From Felis catus (Eukaryota): a stretch of DNA of 64,000 nt. Positions 49,829 to 63,046 of the stretch are shown here, one piece after another (the first letter of the stretch is position 1; the number at the start of each line of letters is the position of its first letter). The position numbers were made by a program, and so were the translations under genes. The stretch is from assembly GCF_018350175.1 (NCBI RefSeq), contig NC_058369.1, positions 15,936,001 to 16,000,000 of the forward strand. Direction: 5' to 3'. The notes beneath the pieces were generated by a model. The model ran no database searches, was not told the origin of the DNA, and saw only the letters and a list, made by a program, of their open reading frames with translations.

Positions 49829-50740
49829 CTGTGACATAATAAGAATATAGATATTTGGTCTTCCTCCCGACTTCTGGCCACAGCTCCTAAAACCCTTGTA
49901 ATTTCCTAAGTGATAAGACTGAAGAAAGTACCTTTTGCTGTAACATTGGGTTTTTGTTCGCAGGTTCTGAAATAGCACAGGCAGGATAAATCTGAAAGGA
50001 GCGTCTTTCGTTATTCATGACAAACCCCTTTTGCCCACACCTGAGTTTATGGTGATGAGGTGACTTTTGGAAAGCCTCTGAGGGTGGGGTGATGGTTGCC
50101 AGGGAACCAACCATGATTCCCCGGATCAGAAGGTTGGAACTTTTTGCCCAACCTTCCACGTACCGTACCTCTCTGTTCTTCACATTTCGACTTTTGGAAG
50201 GAGACGGGCTGGAGATTGAGTTCAATCACCAAGAGCCAACAATCTAATGAATCATGCCTGTGTAACACAGACTCCATAAAAACCCTAACCAAAGGGGTTC
50301 GGAGAGCTTCCATTGGTGAATACATTGAGTTGCCCGGAGGATGGCGCACCCCAAGAGGGCGTGGCATCTCCACACCCTTTCCCCCTACCTTGCCCCATGC
50401 GTCTCTTCCATCTGGCTGTTCCTGAGTTGTATCCTTTTATAATGAACCGGTAATCTAGTAACTAATTCATTTTCCAAAGTTTTGTGAGCTGTTCTAGCCA
50501 ATTATTGAACCCAATTTGCAGTTGGTGCTTGAAGTGGGAGCAATCCAATAGACTGAGCACTTCACCTGTGGGGTCTGTGCTCACTCCAGGTAGATAGTGT
50601 CAGAATTGGATTGTAGGACACCGGACTGGTGTCTGGAGAGTACTGGAGAATTGGCTGGTGTGGGGAAAACTCCCACACATTTGGTGTGAAAAGTATTCTG
50701 TGGGAAGAGGAAAGAAGGTTTTCCTTTATATGAAGTGTTG
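49829..50740 (+). mobile_element. MER21-family solo LTR
   Basis: atatttggtctt..cagctcctaaaacccttgtaatttcctaagtgataag..cacacctgagtttatg..atgaggtgac..ctccaggtagatagtgtcagaattg..cacatttggtgt. Confidence 0.8.
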
Positions 50741-50859
50741 TGAGCGGGGTACAGGAAAAACAATTTTTCTTTTAGTCTTCCCGAGGATTTTCAAAGATAA
50801 CATTTCTTCACTTTTGTTTAGTTTTGGTCTTATTCTACATTGCACTCTATCTGTGGGAT

Positions 50860-51101
50860 GCAGCTAAAGTAGTGCTTAGAGGGAAATTGATAGCATGAAA
50901 CTCTCACATTAGAAAAGAAAAAAGGGGCACCTGGATGGCTCAGTCAGTTCAGTGTCCAACTCTTGATTTCAGCTCAGGTCACGATCTCATGGTTCCTTGA
51001 GATCAAGCCCCACATTGGGCTCTGCACTGACAGCACAGAGCCTGCTTGGGATTCTCTCTTTCCCTCTCTCTCTGCCCCTCCCCCACTCATGCAGGTCTAT
51101 T

Positions 51102-51157
<56 letters not shown>

Positions 51158-51806
51158 ATAAACTTTAAAAAAAGAATAGAAAAGAAAAGAAGAAAGGACT
51201 ACAATCAATGACCTCAGCCTACACCTTAGGAAGCTAGAAAAAGTTGAACAAGCTAAACCCAAAGTAAACATAAGAAAGAAAATAAAGATAAGAACCTAAA
51301 TCATTGTACTAGAAAACCAAAAAATCAATGAAAATCTAGTTCTTTGAGAAGATCAACAAGATTAATAAAACTAGCCAGACTGATTAAGAAAAAAAGAAAG
51401 AAGACACAAATTACCAATATCTAGAATGAGAGAGGCAATATCACTACAGATCCCACAGATAATAAGGGAATATTATGAACAATTTTATGGCAGTAAATTA
51501 AACAAATTAAATGAAAAAAATTGCTTGAAAGACACAGACAATTGGAGATCATCCAAAAGAAACAGATAGACTGAATAACCCCATAACATAAGGAATTGAA
51601 ACTGTAGTTAATCCCCACCCAATAAAGAAAACTCTAGACCCAGGGGCACCTGGGACTCAGTCGGTTAAGCACCCAGCTTCGGATCAGGTCACTATCTCAC
51701 GGCTCATGGGTTCAAGCCCCTCATCGGGCTCTGTGCTGAGAGCTCAGAGCCCGGAGCCTGCTTCGGATTCTGTGCCTCCCGCTCTCTCTGCCCCTTCCCT
51801 GCTCAT

Positions 51807-51857
<51 letters not shown>

Positions 51858-52090
51858 AATAAATAAACATTAAAAAAGAAAAGAAAACTCTGGACCCAGA
51901 CGGCTTCAAATCTACTAGACAATTAAAGAAAAAAATAATAACAATTCTTAATAAACTCCTCCATAAAACTGAAGAGGAAGCAGTACTTCCCAATTCATTC
52001 TCCGAGACTAACATTACTCTGAGACCAAACTCATACAGAGATAGCAAAAAGAAAATGGCCCATTAATATTTTTTCATGAGTGTAAATAAA
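50860..52090 (+). mobile_element. Old L1 ORF2 fragment with two SINE insertions
   Basis: cagctaaagtagtgcttagagggaaatt..ttctttgagaagatcaacaagatt..cactacagatcccacag..cttcccaattcattct. Confidence 0.8.
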
Positions 52091-53409
52091 AAAAACGATC
52101 TAGCACCATGCATAGTTTGGGACTTTACTCTTCTACGAAATGCAAGCAAGCCAACATTTTGGATACCCTTCCCGGTATGTTAAGTCCTGCCTCTTTCATT
52201 GGAAGACATCCTTCTTGGGGACACAGGACTTCAATATGTCTCTCCCCACTGCTTCTGCCTCAGTCCTCAGCACTTGCTGACCCATCGCCACATAGATACA
52301 ACGTAGAATAATTTCATGAATTATGTTAGAGAAAAAGTAAGAAGAGGAAAAAAACATTTACGGGAGAAGAGGGAGGGCATTCTTGTGGGCTTTGTACAGA
52401 TAGGGCCAAGGGAAAATTATAGCATGAAAAGAAAGAATGTGTAAAATGGTGTCTTTGGTACCTCACATATAAAAATGATTTCATTCTCTTTTAAAAATGA
52501 CAACTATTCCAGGGCTTGGTATTCAATCTGTATTGAATGTGTAGCATACACTGGTTCCTCATCCCTGAGGTTGGAGATGATGACTTCCTCTTTCCATTGG
52601 GTTATGTTTGGTGAAACAATCAAAGACTGAGATTGAAACACGTGCTATTTCAGGTGTGTGAGCTAACAACTGGGCCCATCACATGAGAGACTGCAGCTGA
52701 AGGCACCAGAGTCCTACCACCAGAACTTTGCTCACAACCTTGACTTTGACCATGTAGTTCAGGTCCTTAACCCCAAAGCAGAGGGGAGCCACAGGAAGTG
52801 ATTCATTTCTGCTTGAAGTGAGTTGCAACCTTCTAAAGAGGAAAAGCAAAATGCACATCTCCCTGCTCTGGTGTGTAGAGTCAATTTAACTTAGGACTTA
52901 GGATCTGTAAGGATTTGAAATCCATAATCAAGCATTGGAGCTGGAGTACTTGGGGACAATGCCGGTGGCATCGTTGGCCACGGAATGTCACAAGAAAGTG
53001 AAACCCTGCTAAGATTAAACATCAAAACCCTCCCCTCCTCCAGTTCCCTGTGGGATATGGATTATGGTCGTAGATGGCCATAACTGGGACGGAGCTGGAG
53101 AAACTGTTATTAAGTAGGCATTTCGAAATATCTGTGAGAGCTAGCTTCTTTGAATGAAAACCTATCCTATTTCCACGGTGACCCCCTAGGCATTGATTCC
53201 AACAATCCATGGGCCAGACGAGTTCTTGTCTTCTCTGAGTTATCCGCAGGGACTCCAGGGGACCCCACAGGCTAACGTTTTCATATTCCTTTTTTTTGCC
53301 AATAGCCTGGGAGTTTCTAGAGGGCAGGAGTCTGTCCTACTCAGCTTTGTCAACTTAGCACGTGATTCAGAATAGCTGTTCCCTGAAGGTTTGGTGAATT
53401 ATAAACATG

Positions 53410-53625
53410 CATGTCTTACCTCATTTCTTCCACAGTATGAGCTCCAGGTACTGTTAACAATATTCCAAGAACCTGTTTAGCATCTGTCTCCCCCACTAAA
53501 CTTTGAGCTTCTTGAGAGCAGAATCTATGTACCCCCATGCTCCTTGTATTCAACATCATGCCTGATACGTGGTAAGTACTCAGTACGTGTTTGTTGAATG
53601 ACTGGAGGCATGAGTGAACCAATGA
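53410..53625 (+). mobile_element. L2 3' end
   Basis: tctgtctcccccactaaactttgagcttcttgagagcag..tcagtacgtgtttgttgaatga. Confidence 0.7.
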
Positions 53626-53777
53626 ACAATAATGAGCTTCCCTAAATTTTGTCAATTATACCTCAATAAAGCTGGGGTGGGGGTAACGAGCCACCTTATT
53701 TCTAACCAGTAGATAGTTTTGCTATTTTCTTACGGGCCAGAGCTCAACCCCTGGAGCATCTAAAGTCATCTATTAGC

Positions 53778-54122
53778 GCAGTGGCTCTCAAACTTTGGTG
53801 TCTATCAGAATCATCTAGAGGCCCAGGTTCTTTGAAGCAGGATAGGGCCTGGGCCATTGTAGTCTTACCAAGTTCCGCAGGTGATTCTAGTACCTACCCG
53901 CAGTGGAGAACCAATGCTTTTGCGCAATGCTTCTCGACCTTTTCCATGAAGTACCATCATAGACCTTGATACTCAAGCAGTGGTTGGGGACCGGCAGCTT
54001 CAGCCAAGAGCTTGTTACAAATGTGAATCTCGGGCTCTCCCCCAGGCTCGCTGAAGCGGAACCCGCATTCCGACAACATCTTTCTATGATTCATGTGCAC
54101 ATCCAAGATGGAGAAGCACTTG
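53778..54122. mobile_element. MER5-family MITE cluster
   Basis: cagtggctctcaaactt..caggtgattct..gagaacca, then a second copy ending gagaagcact. Confidence 0.65.
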
Positions 54123-55065
54123 TTTTAACACCCTTAACCTCAAAACTCCAATCCTCTCTGCCCTACACGAAACGTATGTGTGTCCAGGAAAAGGCATGAC
54201 TCTCTCTCCCTGTAGTTGACTCAGAGAAGCAGGGGTGGTGGGGTAGAAATCTGCTGAGGTCAGCTCCAATCACCGTTTTGTGTGTGTGTGCGCGCGTGTG
54301 TGCGTGTGTGTGTGTGTGCGCGCGCGCATATGTGCATGTTCCTTTTCCGTCAGGGCACCATTGAGCCAGAGTGTAAGGAGAACAGTCTTGGATGTTTTAA
54401 AAAAGTCAAACTTCTAAAAGATGCTGAAGAAAATGTCACACTGACCCTAAAGCACACTGTCTGCTGTTGAGATGACACCCGGGACAAAACTCTCTGCTCC
54501 CTTCCTGCTACCATGACTTTGGTTGGTTCATTCACTCACTCATTCATTGAGTGCCTATTCTGTACCAGGCAAAAACGTACACTAGGCTCCAGAAATACAA
54601 ATGTGAAACAACGTTCCGGATCCTCACTCAACCCTCTGCCCGCAGCTTCTTATCCTCCAAGTTCATAGCACATACCACCCCACACCAACCATCTGTGTCC
54701 CTTGTTCACAAGATCAGAGACTTGACCCCTGTCTTTTGGATCCTCGCGGCCCAGCAGAGATACAGGAAGGTGGGGGACATGTCACTCGGCACAGTGTTGA
54801 CATCAGCCTGGGTGGGGCTGAACCAGGGCAGCCTCCTGGAGGAGAGGACACCTGCAATGGTGTTTTGTGGGTAGATGAGGGGCGGAAAGCACTCAGGCAG
54901 GAGACACAGTGCGAGGCTGCATAATCGCTTCAGGGACCTAGAATGGACTTGGTGTGGCCGGGGCGCACGTCGTGTGGCGGCAAGAAGAGAGGGTGGGGAG
55001 GCAGAGGGGCTGATCTCAGAAGGTCTGCTACGCCACACTGGAGAATTTGATTTTAAACACATAAT

Positions 55066-55508
55066 AGGGCCTGGGAGGGCATGGGAGGGCCTGGGAGGGC
55101 CTGGGAGGGCATGGGAGGGCCTGGGAGGGCCTGGGAGGGCCTGGGAGGGCATGGGAGGGGATGGGAGGGCCTGGGAGGGCCTGGGAGGGCATGGGAGGGG
55201 ATGGGAGGGCCTGGGAGGGCCTGGAAGGGCCTGGGAGGGCATGGGAGGGCCTGGGAGGGCATGGGAGGGGATGGGAGGGCCTGGGAGGGCCTGGGAGGGC
55301 ATGGGAGGGCCTGGGAGGGCATGGGAGGGGATGGGAGGGCCTGGGAGGGCCTGGGAGGGCATGGGAGGGCCTGGGAGGGCATGGGAGAGGATGGGAGGGC
55401 CTGGGAGGGCCTGGGAGGGCATGGGAGGGCATGGGAGGGCCTGGAAGGGCATGGGAGGGCATGGGAGGGCCTGGGAGGGCATGGGAGGGCATGGGAGGGC
55501 ATGGGAGG
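55066..55508 (+). repeat. G-rich minisatellite, 10-bp unit (C/A)TGGGAGGG(C/G), about 44 copies
   Basis: Directly visible; it produces the low-complexity ORFs on both strands. Confidence 0.98.
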
Positions 55509-55833
55509 ATGAGAAGATTTTAATCTGGGGAATCTGGATCTGCACTCTGGTATCAAAGGAGCCGCCTGGAGGTTTTGCAGAGGACGTGAGGTAAGAGGGG
55601 AGTCAAGTGCAAGGAGGCTAGTTGGAGAAGTCACATGGGAGTTCAGTGCAGTGTAACAGAAGGAAAGCCATCACGACCTGGCTCTGTCACCAGTGGCTCC
55701 ATAGCCTGGATCTAGCGGTGCCATTTCTCAGGACCTCGGTCTCTTTCGCTGTAACCCGGCGGGTTACGTCATGGAACCGGAGAGGTCACTCCCAGCTCTC
55801 CTGGGCCACAATGTGGTGAAATTCAGTCTGGGA

Positions 55834-55836
<3 letters not shown>

Positions 55837-55876
<40 letters not shown>

Positions 55877-55885
55877 GTTGTGTGT
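55837..55885 (+). repeat. (TG)n at the tail of the L1MB-like element
   Basis: Directly visible. Confidence 0.93.
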
Positions 55886-58612
55886 GGTAAAATAGACATA
55901 CTGTAAAATTTACCATGTTAGCCATTTCTAAGTGCACAGTTCAAGGGCACAAGTACATTCACGCTGCTGTATAGCCATCCCCACCATCCATCTCCAGAAC
56001 TTTCTCATCTTCCCAAACTGCCAATCTGTCCCCACGAAGCACCAAGTCCCCATTCCCTGCTTCTCCTGCCCCCCTGGCACCCACCTTTCTACTTCCTGTC
56101 TCTAGGAATTTGACTACTCTGGGTAACTCATATGAAGTAGAATCATATAGTGTTTGTCCTTTTGTAACGGGCTTATTGCATAATATAAAGACTTCAAGGT
56201 TCATCCACCTCATAGCATCCATGTTATAGAATTTCCTTCCTTTTTTTTTTTTTAAAAAAAGTTCGTTTATTTACTTTGAGAGATACAGAGACAGTGTGAG
56301 CGGGGCAGGGGCAGAGAGAGAGGGAGAGAGAGAATCCCAAGCAGGCTCCACACTGCCAGCACAGAGCCCGACACAAGGCTTGAACTCACAAAACCTCGAG
56401 ATCATGACCTGAGCCAAAACCAAGACTCAGATGCTTCCCCGACTGAGCCACGCGGGCGCCCCAGAATTTCCTTCCTTATTAAGACCGAATGATATTCCAC
56501 TGTATGTATATACCGCATTTTGCTTATCCATTCATCTACTGATGAACACTTTGGTTGCTTCCTCCCTTGGCTACTGTGAATGACGCTGCTATGAACATGG
56601 GTGTAAAACATCTGTTTGGGCGAGTTCTACTCTCAATTTGTTTGAGTATACACCTAGACGTGGAATTGCTGGATCATATGGTAATTCTATATTCAACTTT
56701 TTAAGGAGCCACCATATTGTTTTCTGCAGTGGTTGGAGCATTTTACATTCCCAGCAGCAATGCACGAGAATTCCAATTTCTCTACATCTTTATCAACGCA
56801 AGCTATTTTCGGGGTTTTTTTTTTAATGTTTTATTTATTTTGAGTGAGAGAGAGAGCACAAGCAAGGGAGGGGCAGAGAGAGAGAATCCTAAGTAGGCTC
56901 TTCACTGTTAGCACAGAGCTCAATGCAGGACTTGAACCCATGAACCGTGAGATCATGACCTGAGCGGAAGTCAAGAGTCAGATGCTTAACCTACGGAGCC
57001 ACCCAGGTGCTCCTTTCTGGTTTTTTGTTTGTTTGTTTGTTTGGTTTTTTTTTTTTTTTTTTTTGATGAAACCATCCTAATGGGTATAGAGTGGTATCTC
57101 ATTGTGGTTTTGATTTGCATTTCCCTAGTTATTAGTGACGTGGAACATCTTTTCAGGTACTTACTGGACATTTTCTTTTCTGGAGAAATGTCTTCTCAAG
57201 TCCTCTACCTCGTTTTGAGTTGGGTTGTTTGGTTTTTGTTGTTGAATTATAGGAGTTCTTCATATATTTTGGATATTGATCTCTTATCAGGTATACAACG
57301 TACAAATTTTCTCCCACTTAGGGGGTTGCCTTTTCATTCTGTTCATGGTGCCCTTTGAGGAACAAAGATTTTCATTTTGATGAAGTCAAATTCGTCTATT
57401 TTTGCTTTGTGGCAGATCCAAGAAGTCACTGCCAAGTCCAATGTCATGAAGTTTTTTTCCCCATGTTTTCTTCTAACAGTTTTATGATTTGAGCTCTTAC
57501 ACTTAAGTCTTTGATCCATTTTGAGTTAATTTTTGTATATGGTGTAAGATAAAGGTCCCAATTAATTCTTTTGCATGTGGAGATCCGGCTTTCCCAACAC
57601 CATGTTGAAAATACTGACCTGTCTATACTGAATGGACTTGGTACCCTTGTCAAAAGTTATTTGACCATACCTGCATATTATATTCTATTCCATTGACCTT
57701 TATATCTGTCTTTATGCCACTACCACTGTTTTGATTATTGTAACTTTGCACAAGTTTGAAATCAGGAAATGTAAGAACTCCAATTTTGTTGTTTTGGCTA
57801 TTTAGGGTCTTTTAAAATTCCATGCGAATTTTAGGGTGGATTTTTCTGGGGCGCCTGGGTGGTTCAGTCAGTTGAGCACCCGACTTCAACTCAGGCGTGA
57901 TCTCACGGTTCATGGGTTCGAGCCCCACTTCAGGCTCTGTGCTGACAGCTCAGAGCCTGGAGCCTGCTTTGGATTCTGTGTCCCCCTCTCTCTCTGCCCC
58001 ACCCTTGCTTGTGCTTTCTCTCTCTATCTTTCAAAAATGAATAAACATTAAAAGAAAATAACATTTAGAGTGGATTTTTCTATTTCTGAAAAAAAAAATA
58101 CTGTTGGGATTTTGATGGGGGTTGCGCTAAATCTGTAGATCGTCTCAGTTAGTATTCACATCTTAGCGATAGTAAGTCTTCTAATCTAGGATCATGGGAT
58201 GTTTATTTTTGTCTTCTTAAGTTTCTTTCAGCAGGGTTTTGCAGTTTCAGTGTACAACTATTTTATTCTTTTTGATGCTTTTATAAGCTAAATTGTTTTC
58301 TTAATTTCCTTCTCGGTTTGTTCATTGTTGTTATATAAAAATGCATTGGTTTTTTTGGGTATTGACTTTGTATCCTCCAACTGTGCTGGATTCGTTTATT
58401 AGTTCTAACAGGTATTTTTGTGGACTCTTTAGGGTTTTCTATATATACAATCCTATCATCTGGAAACAGGTAATTCTTGTTGGTTTTGATGCCTTTTACT
58501 TCTTTTTCTCGCCTAACTGATCTGGCCAAGACCCTCAGTATTATGTTGAAGAAAAATGGTGAAATCAGGCATCCTGTCTTTCTGTAAACTTAGAGAAAAA
58601 GCTCTCAGTTTG
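55884..58612 (-). mobile_element. Old L1 (L1MB-like) 3' portion with three SINE insertions
   Basis: gtggtaaaatagacata..aaatttaccat 3' end; antisense ORF2 ([41 protein letters not shown]). Confidence 0.9.
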
Positions 58613-59587
58613 TTATGGCCTGAAAGACTTTGTAATCTATTCTCGGGGTTAAAGAACATCAGAACTTTGCTAAGGAAGAGGCCATTTTATCAACCTAATT
58701 AACAGGGGTACAGAGAGATCAGAAAAGAAAGAGAGGGAAGGCAAGTATCTGGCGGGTATAATGCATTGAGTGTGGTGCATATAGTTTCCCTTAGGTGTGA
58801 AATACATCACAAAAGAATGAAATATAGAGCAAAAGGTACTAAAGAGAGGCCAAAAGTCTTAATCGAAGTTGACTGAGTGTCACTGAATGAAGTGGCTTTG
58901 CCTTCACCCCAATGAATGACTTCCCAAGGAGACTCCAGACTTGATTTTAAGCTCCAGCAATAACACCACCAACAAAAACCCAGCGTCTAAAACCAGAAAT
59001 CTTAGAAGAAAGAAGAAGGCCTTGGGGGACCCAGCCCACGTCTATTCCAGAATGAGTCTCCCTCTAGGGTCCTGGCCCCTCAAGAGCTATGCAAAATGTA
59101 CCCTTGCTACATCTGTTGAAAGAAGGAAAGTTGGTCTAAAAATAAGAGAAGGAACCGAAACATTTCAGAGAAGGCAGGGTTTAAGAGCCAGAAACAAAAA
59201 GAGGAAGGTAAATGAAAAGAGGAATGGAGATTTCCAGAAGCTTCCCCCTTTTCCCTGACTACTCCGCCAAAAAAAGGGGAAAAAATAGTCAATGGGAAAC
59301 AGCTCTGAGAAAACAGCTCTGCACCAGTCCAGTTGAGAATTCAAGCAACCTGACCTGAAGAGCTGGGCTGTTAGAGCTCAAAGGGCTTGTCTTGAAGATG
59401 TCCATCCCTCCCACCTCAGAGAAGGGCCGCAGAGCTAATAAGGGTCAGAGACGGGCTGGAAAGTCACTTTCGGACACCTGTCCTGTGTTTTCTTTCATCG
59501 GGCCGCCATATCAACATGATGTGCTCATTCCATTGAGTTGGCATCTGTCCCCTGAGCTTTCCCCAGTGCCAGGTTTACCTCGAAGAC

Positions 59588-59750
59588 CATGGTTCTCGGA
59601 GTGAGGTTCCCCCCCCCCCTCAGCAGCACCTGGAACTTGTCAGAAATCCACATTCTCAGCCCCACCCCAGGCCCATGGAACCTGAAACTCTGGGGTTCAG
59701 GTGTTAACAAACCCATTGGTGAATTCTGATGCACTAAGGTTTGAGAACCC
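59588..59750. mobile_element. MER5A-like MITE
   Basis: ggttctc..cagcagcacctggaacttgtcagaaat..aggtttgagaacc. Confidence 0.7.
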
Positions 59751-60619
59751 CCGGTGCAAGAATTAACAATTCCTCTTACTCAGTAGAAAAGCAAAAGCAA
59801 TAATTAGCATGTATTTCACAATTTACAAATGAGCTTTTAACCCGCCTTCTTTGTTATTTGACGGTGGAGGGTGGTGGCGCTCTTAAAACATCTGTGAGAG
59901 TAGAAAGTCAAGTATGGATATACCGGCTTTATGACCTCAAAGATGGAGTCCAGGGAGGGGAACCGATTGCTGGGATGGCAGCCCTAGAGAGGGCAAGGTC
60001 AAAACCGCAACTGGCTTACATAGTTACCCCCAGGCACTCCCGGAAAAGACTTACCGCTTCTAGATCAAAGAGTATCAGCGAGGGTTACCTCTCAGAGCAT
60101 TCTTAGAAGCCTATGATGCAGGGTCAATTGTGTCCTTGTACAGAAGAGGAAATAATAATACAAAGAGCTCCCGTTTTCTGAGGACTTACGTACGACCCTG
60201 TCAGGTAGGAAGCTGCGTCTCAGAGAAATCAAGTTGCCTTCTCAGGCTCACCAGGTGGGCCTGGAACAGCTGGGATCCGAATTGTAGGCTGTCTGCCTCC
60301 CGAGGCTGCTTCTCCGGGGAGGCTGCCTAGAGCATCCTGGGTCATCCAGGTCACGAGGGGACAGCACTAGACCCACATGCTCCCCGGTGATGCCGATGCT
60401 GCCGGTCACGGACCACACTTTGAGTAGTGACGCCTTAGACTCTAACTTGAAGATGAATCAGGCTGATGTGACAAATGAGTAAGAACTAAAGCTCTTCGTC
60501 CAGTATCTCCATCGCCTCTCTTAACCAATAACATACACACAAGCCCAACCATTTCCCCTTTAGCTTCTCATCCACGTCCCACCCTCCTTCCCCTTCCATT
60601 GCCTTCTCTCCAGTTACCT

Positions 60620-61230
60620 CACCCCAGGTAACTCATACAGTGGCCTCCTAGCTCCTCCAGCCCGTAGGTTTGTTTGGCCTCAATCCATTCTGCCCACCTC
60701 CATCAGGTTCACCTCATCAAAACACCAATTTATTGAAGGCAGTCCTGGGATAACAAATCTGTTCCTCCTCATTGCCGAAAACTCCTGAGCTTTCCATTCA
60801 AGGTCTTCTGTGACATCCACAAGTCAATTTAACATCTTAGCCTTATCCCCAGTGTCTACACCGCATGCTGTATGCTATGACTCGTTCTCTACCTGCAACT
60901 TTGTTCATGCCTTTTACTCCTACCCGAAATGTCCTCCCTCCCCATCGTCCCGGATTTAAATTCTCTAGAGCTCATTTCAAATGCCTTTTTTTCATGAAGT
61001 CTTTCACGAAAACCCCCATCAGGAGGTTCTCCTTCCTCTGAGCTTTACAAAACGCAGAGTTCTCCATTTGTGGCCATTATCTTACGATGCCTTGGAGTAA
61101 AACCTCCCCAGCTTGCCACATTTTCATTCCCTAAAAGACAGAACCTCATCACGTCTTACGCGTCTTTGTATTTCATTCGCACGGCACCAAAATACTTTAG
61201 GTGTTCAGCTAGCATTTGATGAATGAGTGC
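60620..61230 (+). mobile_element. L2 fragment
   Basis: caatccattctgccc..cattcaaggtcttc..ctcatttcaaatgcc..catttgatgaatga. Confidence 0.55.
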
Positions 61231-61931
61231 ATACATTCTGTTTCCAGTCATATTTGCATATATTACAAGTGAGCCATTTATTTCCCCTGATATGAATTCC
61301 CCTAAAGAATCATGAAGGTCACTGCAAAGTCATTAACAAGCATAGAGGGTGATTCATCAAAAAACTCTACAGGCTAATTAGTACCTATTGCAATACCCAT
61401 CCACCCGACTTTAAAGCCAGCTAAATATTGGCCAACTTCATGAGTCAAAGAGGAAAAGATAGCAAAATGTAATGAAACGCGCCCAGCTAGTCCCAAATCC
61501 CCTTGGGCCCCAGGTAATAAATAAGATCCTACAGCAATACTTTATGAACAGTAAAATTCCTGACTCTCTTGACAGTGAAGCAAGAGCTGAGAGAGAAGTC
61601 TGAAGAACCCTTATCTCTGGCTGCCACCACTTTTGAAAACAATGGCCTTTCCTCCTTGCCGCCTGCCAAATCACAAATTGGCCACCTCTGACCACGAAGA
61701 AAAGGGAAGCCATATAAAAACCACACAAGGAGGGGAATTCTGGGAAATGTAGTCTCTTGCTCGCCTTCTACATGCTCCTGATCAAAAGCCTGTACAATGA
61801 TGTGTTGTTCTTAAACTCCTTAACGAGGTATTACACAATGCAGCCCCTCCGAGCCCCACAGACCTTCGGATTACACTTTGTGCTCTGGGCACACTGGCCT
61901 TCTTTTGGTTCCTTGAAAAATGGTGATTTCT

Positions 61932-62142
61932 GGGGTGCCTGGGTGGCGCAGTCGGTTGAGCGTCCGACTTCAGCCAGGTCACGATCTCGCGCTCCGTGAG
62001 TTCAAGCCCCGCGTCGGGCTCTGGGCTGATGGCTCAGAGCCTGGAGCCTGTTTCCGATTCTGTGTCTCCCTCTCTCTCTGCCCCTCCCCCGTTCATGCTC
62101 TGTCTCTCTCTGTCCCAAAAATAAATAAACGTTGAAAAAAAA
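61932..62142 (+). mobile_element. Young cat-type CAN-SINE
   Basis: TSD gaaaaatggtgatttctg. Confidence 0.97.
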
Positions 62143-62802
62143 ATTTTTTTAAAAGAAAAATGGTGATTTCTGACCAGGTGGCTTAGAAACTTCACTCTTT
62201 GGCTGTATCCTTTCTCCTATGATGATATGGCAGTGGTTTAAGTACACACACACATATACATACATGTATTTGGAGAGAGAGAGATATGTGTACATATATA
62301 TACACACCCATAATATACCTCCAAAAAGACAAATCTAGGTTCTAAAACAAGCATCTCTGGGAGCCAGAAGTGGAGCACAAAACCAGTGTGGTGACTGGCG
62401 CTAAACCATAAGCTTGCCGGGCCCAGATCCAGGAGTAGCGGATGGCAGCCAGGGTGTGTGTGGTTTCTGAGAGGTGATGGGTACTAAAAGTGTGTGCTTG
62501 AGATGGGGAGCCTGAAAATCCAAGGTGGGTAACTCCTGAAAGAAGGCTGCCAGCTGTTGTCCACACTTTCCCCGGGCTACAGCTTGTACCAAGCAATAGG
62601 CCTAAGGACACAGGAGGACCAGATGTCGCCTGGAATCCAGGCACCGAAGCAGGCCACCTGCTGCTATACCCCCAATATCTTCTCAGGGCCAGGGCTCAGC
62701 ATCCCCACACAAAGCCTGGTTCTGGCCTGAGGGACTAGATGGAGAACACCACAAACAGCTGGACAAAGAAAGACAAGCATAAAAGGAGAAGACCAAATAT
62801 TC

Positions 62803-63046
62803 TTTTATTTTTTTTTATTTTTTTTATATTAAAAATTTTTTTTCAACGTTTATTCATTTTTGGGACAGAGAGAGACAGAGCATGAACGGGGGAAGGTCAG
62901 AGAGAGAAGGAGACACAGAATCGGAAACAGGCTCCAGGCTCTGAGCCATCAGCCCAGAGCCCGACGCGGGGCTCGAACTCACGGACCGCGAGATCGTGAC
63001 CTGGCTGAAGTCGGACGCTTAACCGACTGCGCCACCCAGGCGCCCC
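62803..63046 (-). mobile_element. Young cat-type CAN-SINE
   Basis: TSD tattcttttatt. Confidence 0.97.

Noticed and set aside
54706..55634. Long ORFs of 120-279 aa on both strands (PPRPSQAL / GPGRAWEG repeats)
   Set aside because: They arise from the stop-free 10-bp minisatellite; there is no independent coding evidence.
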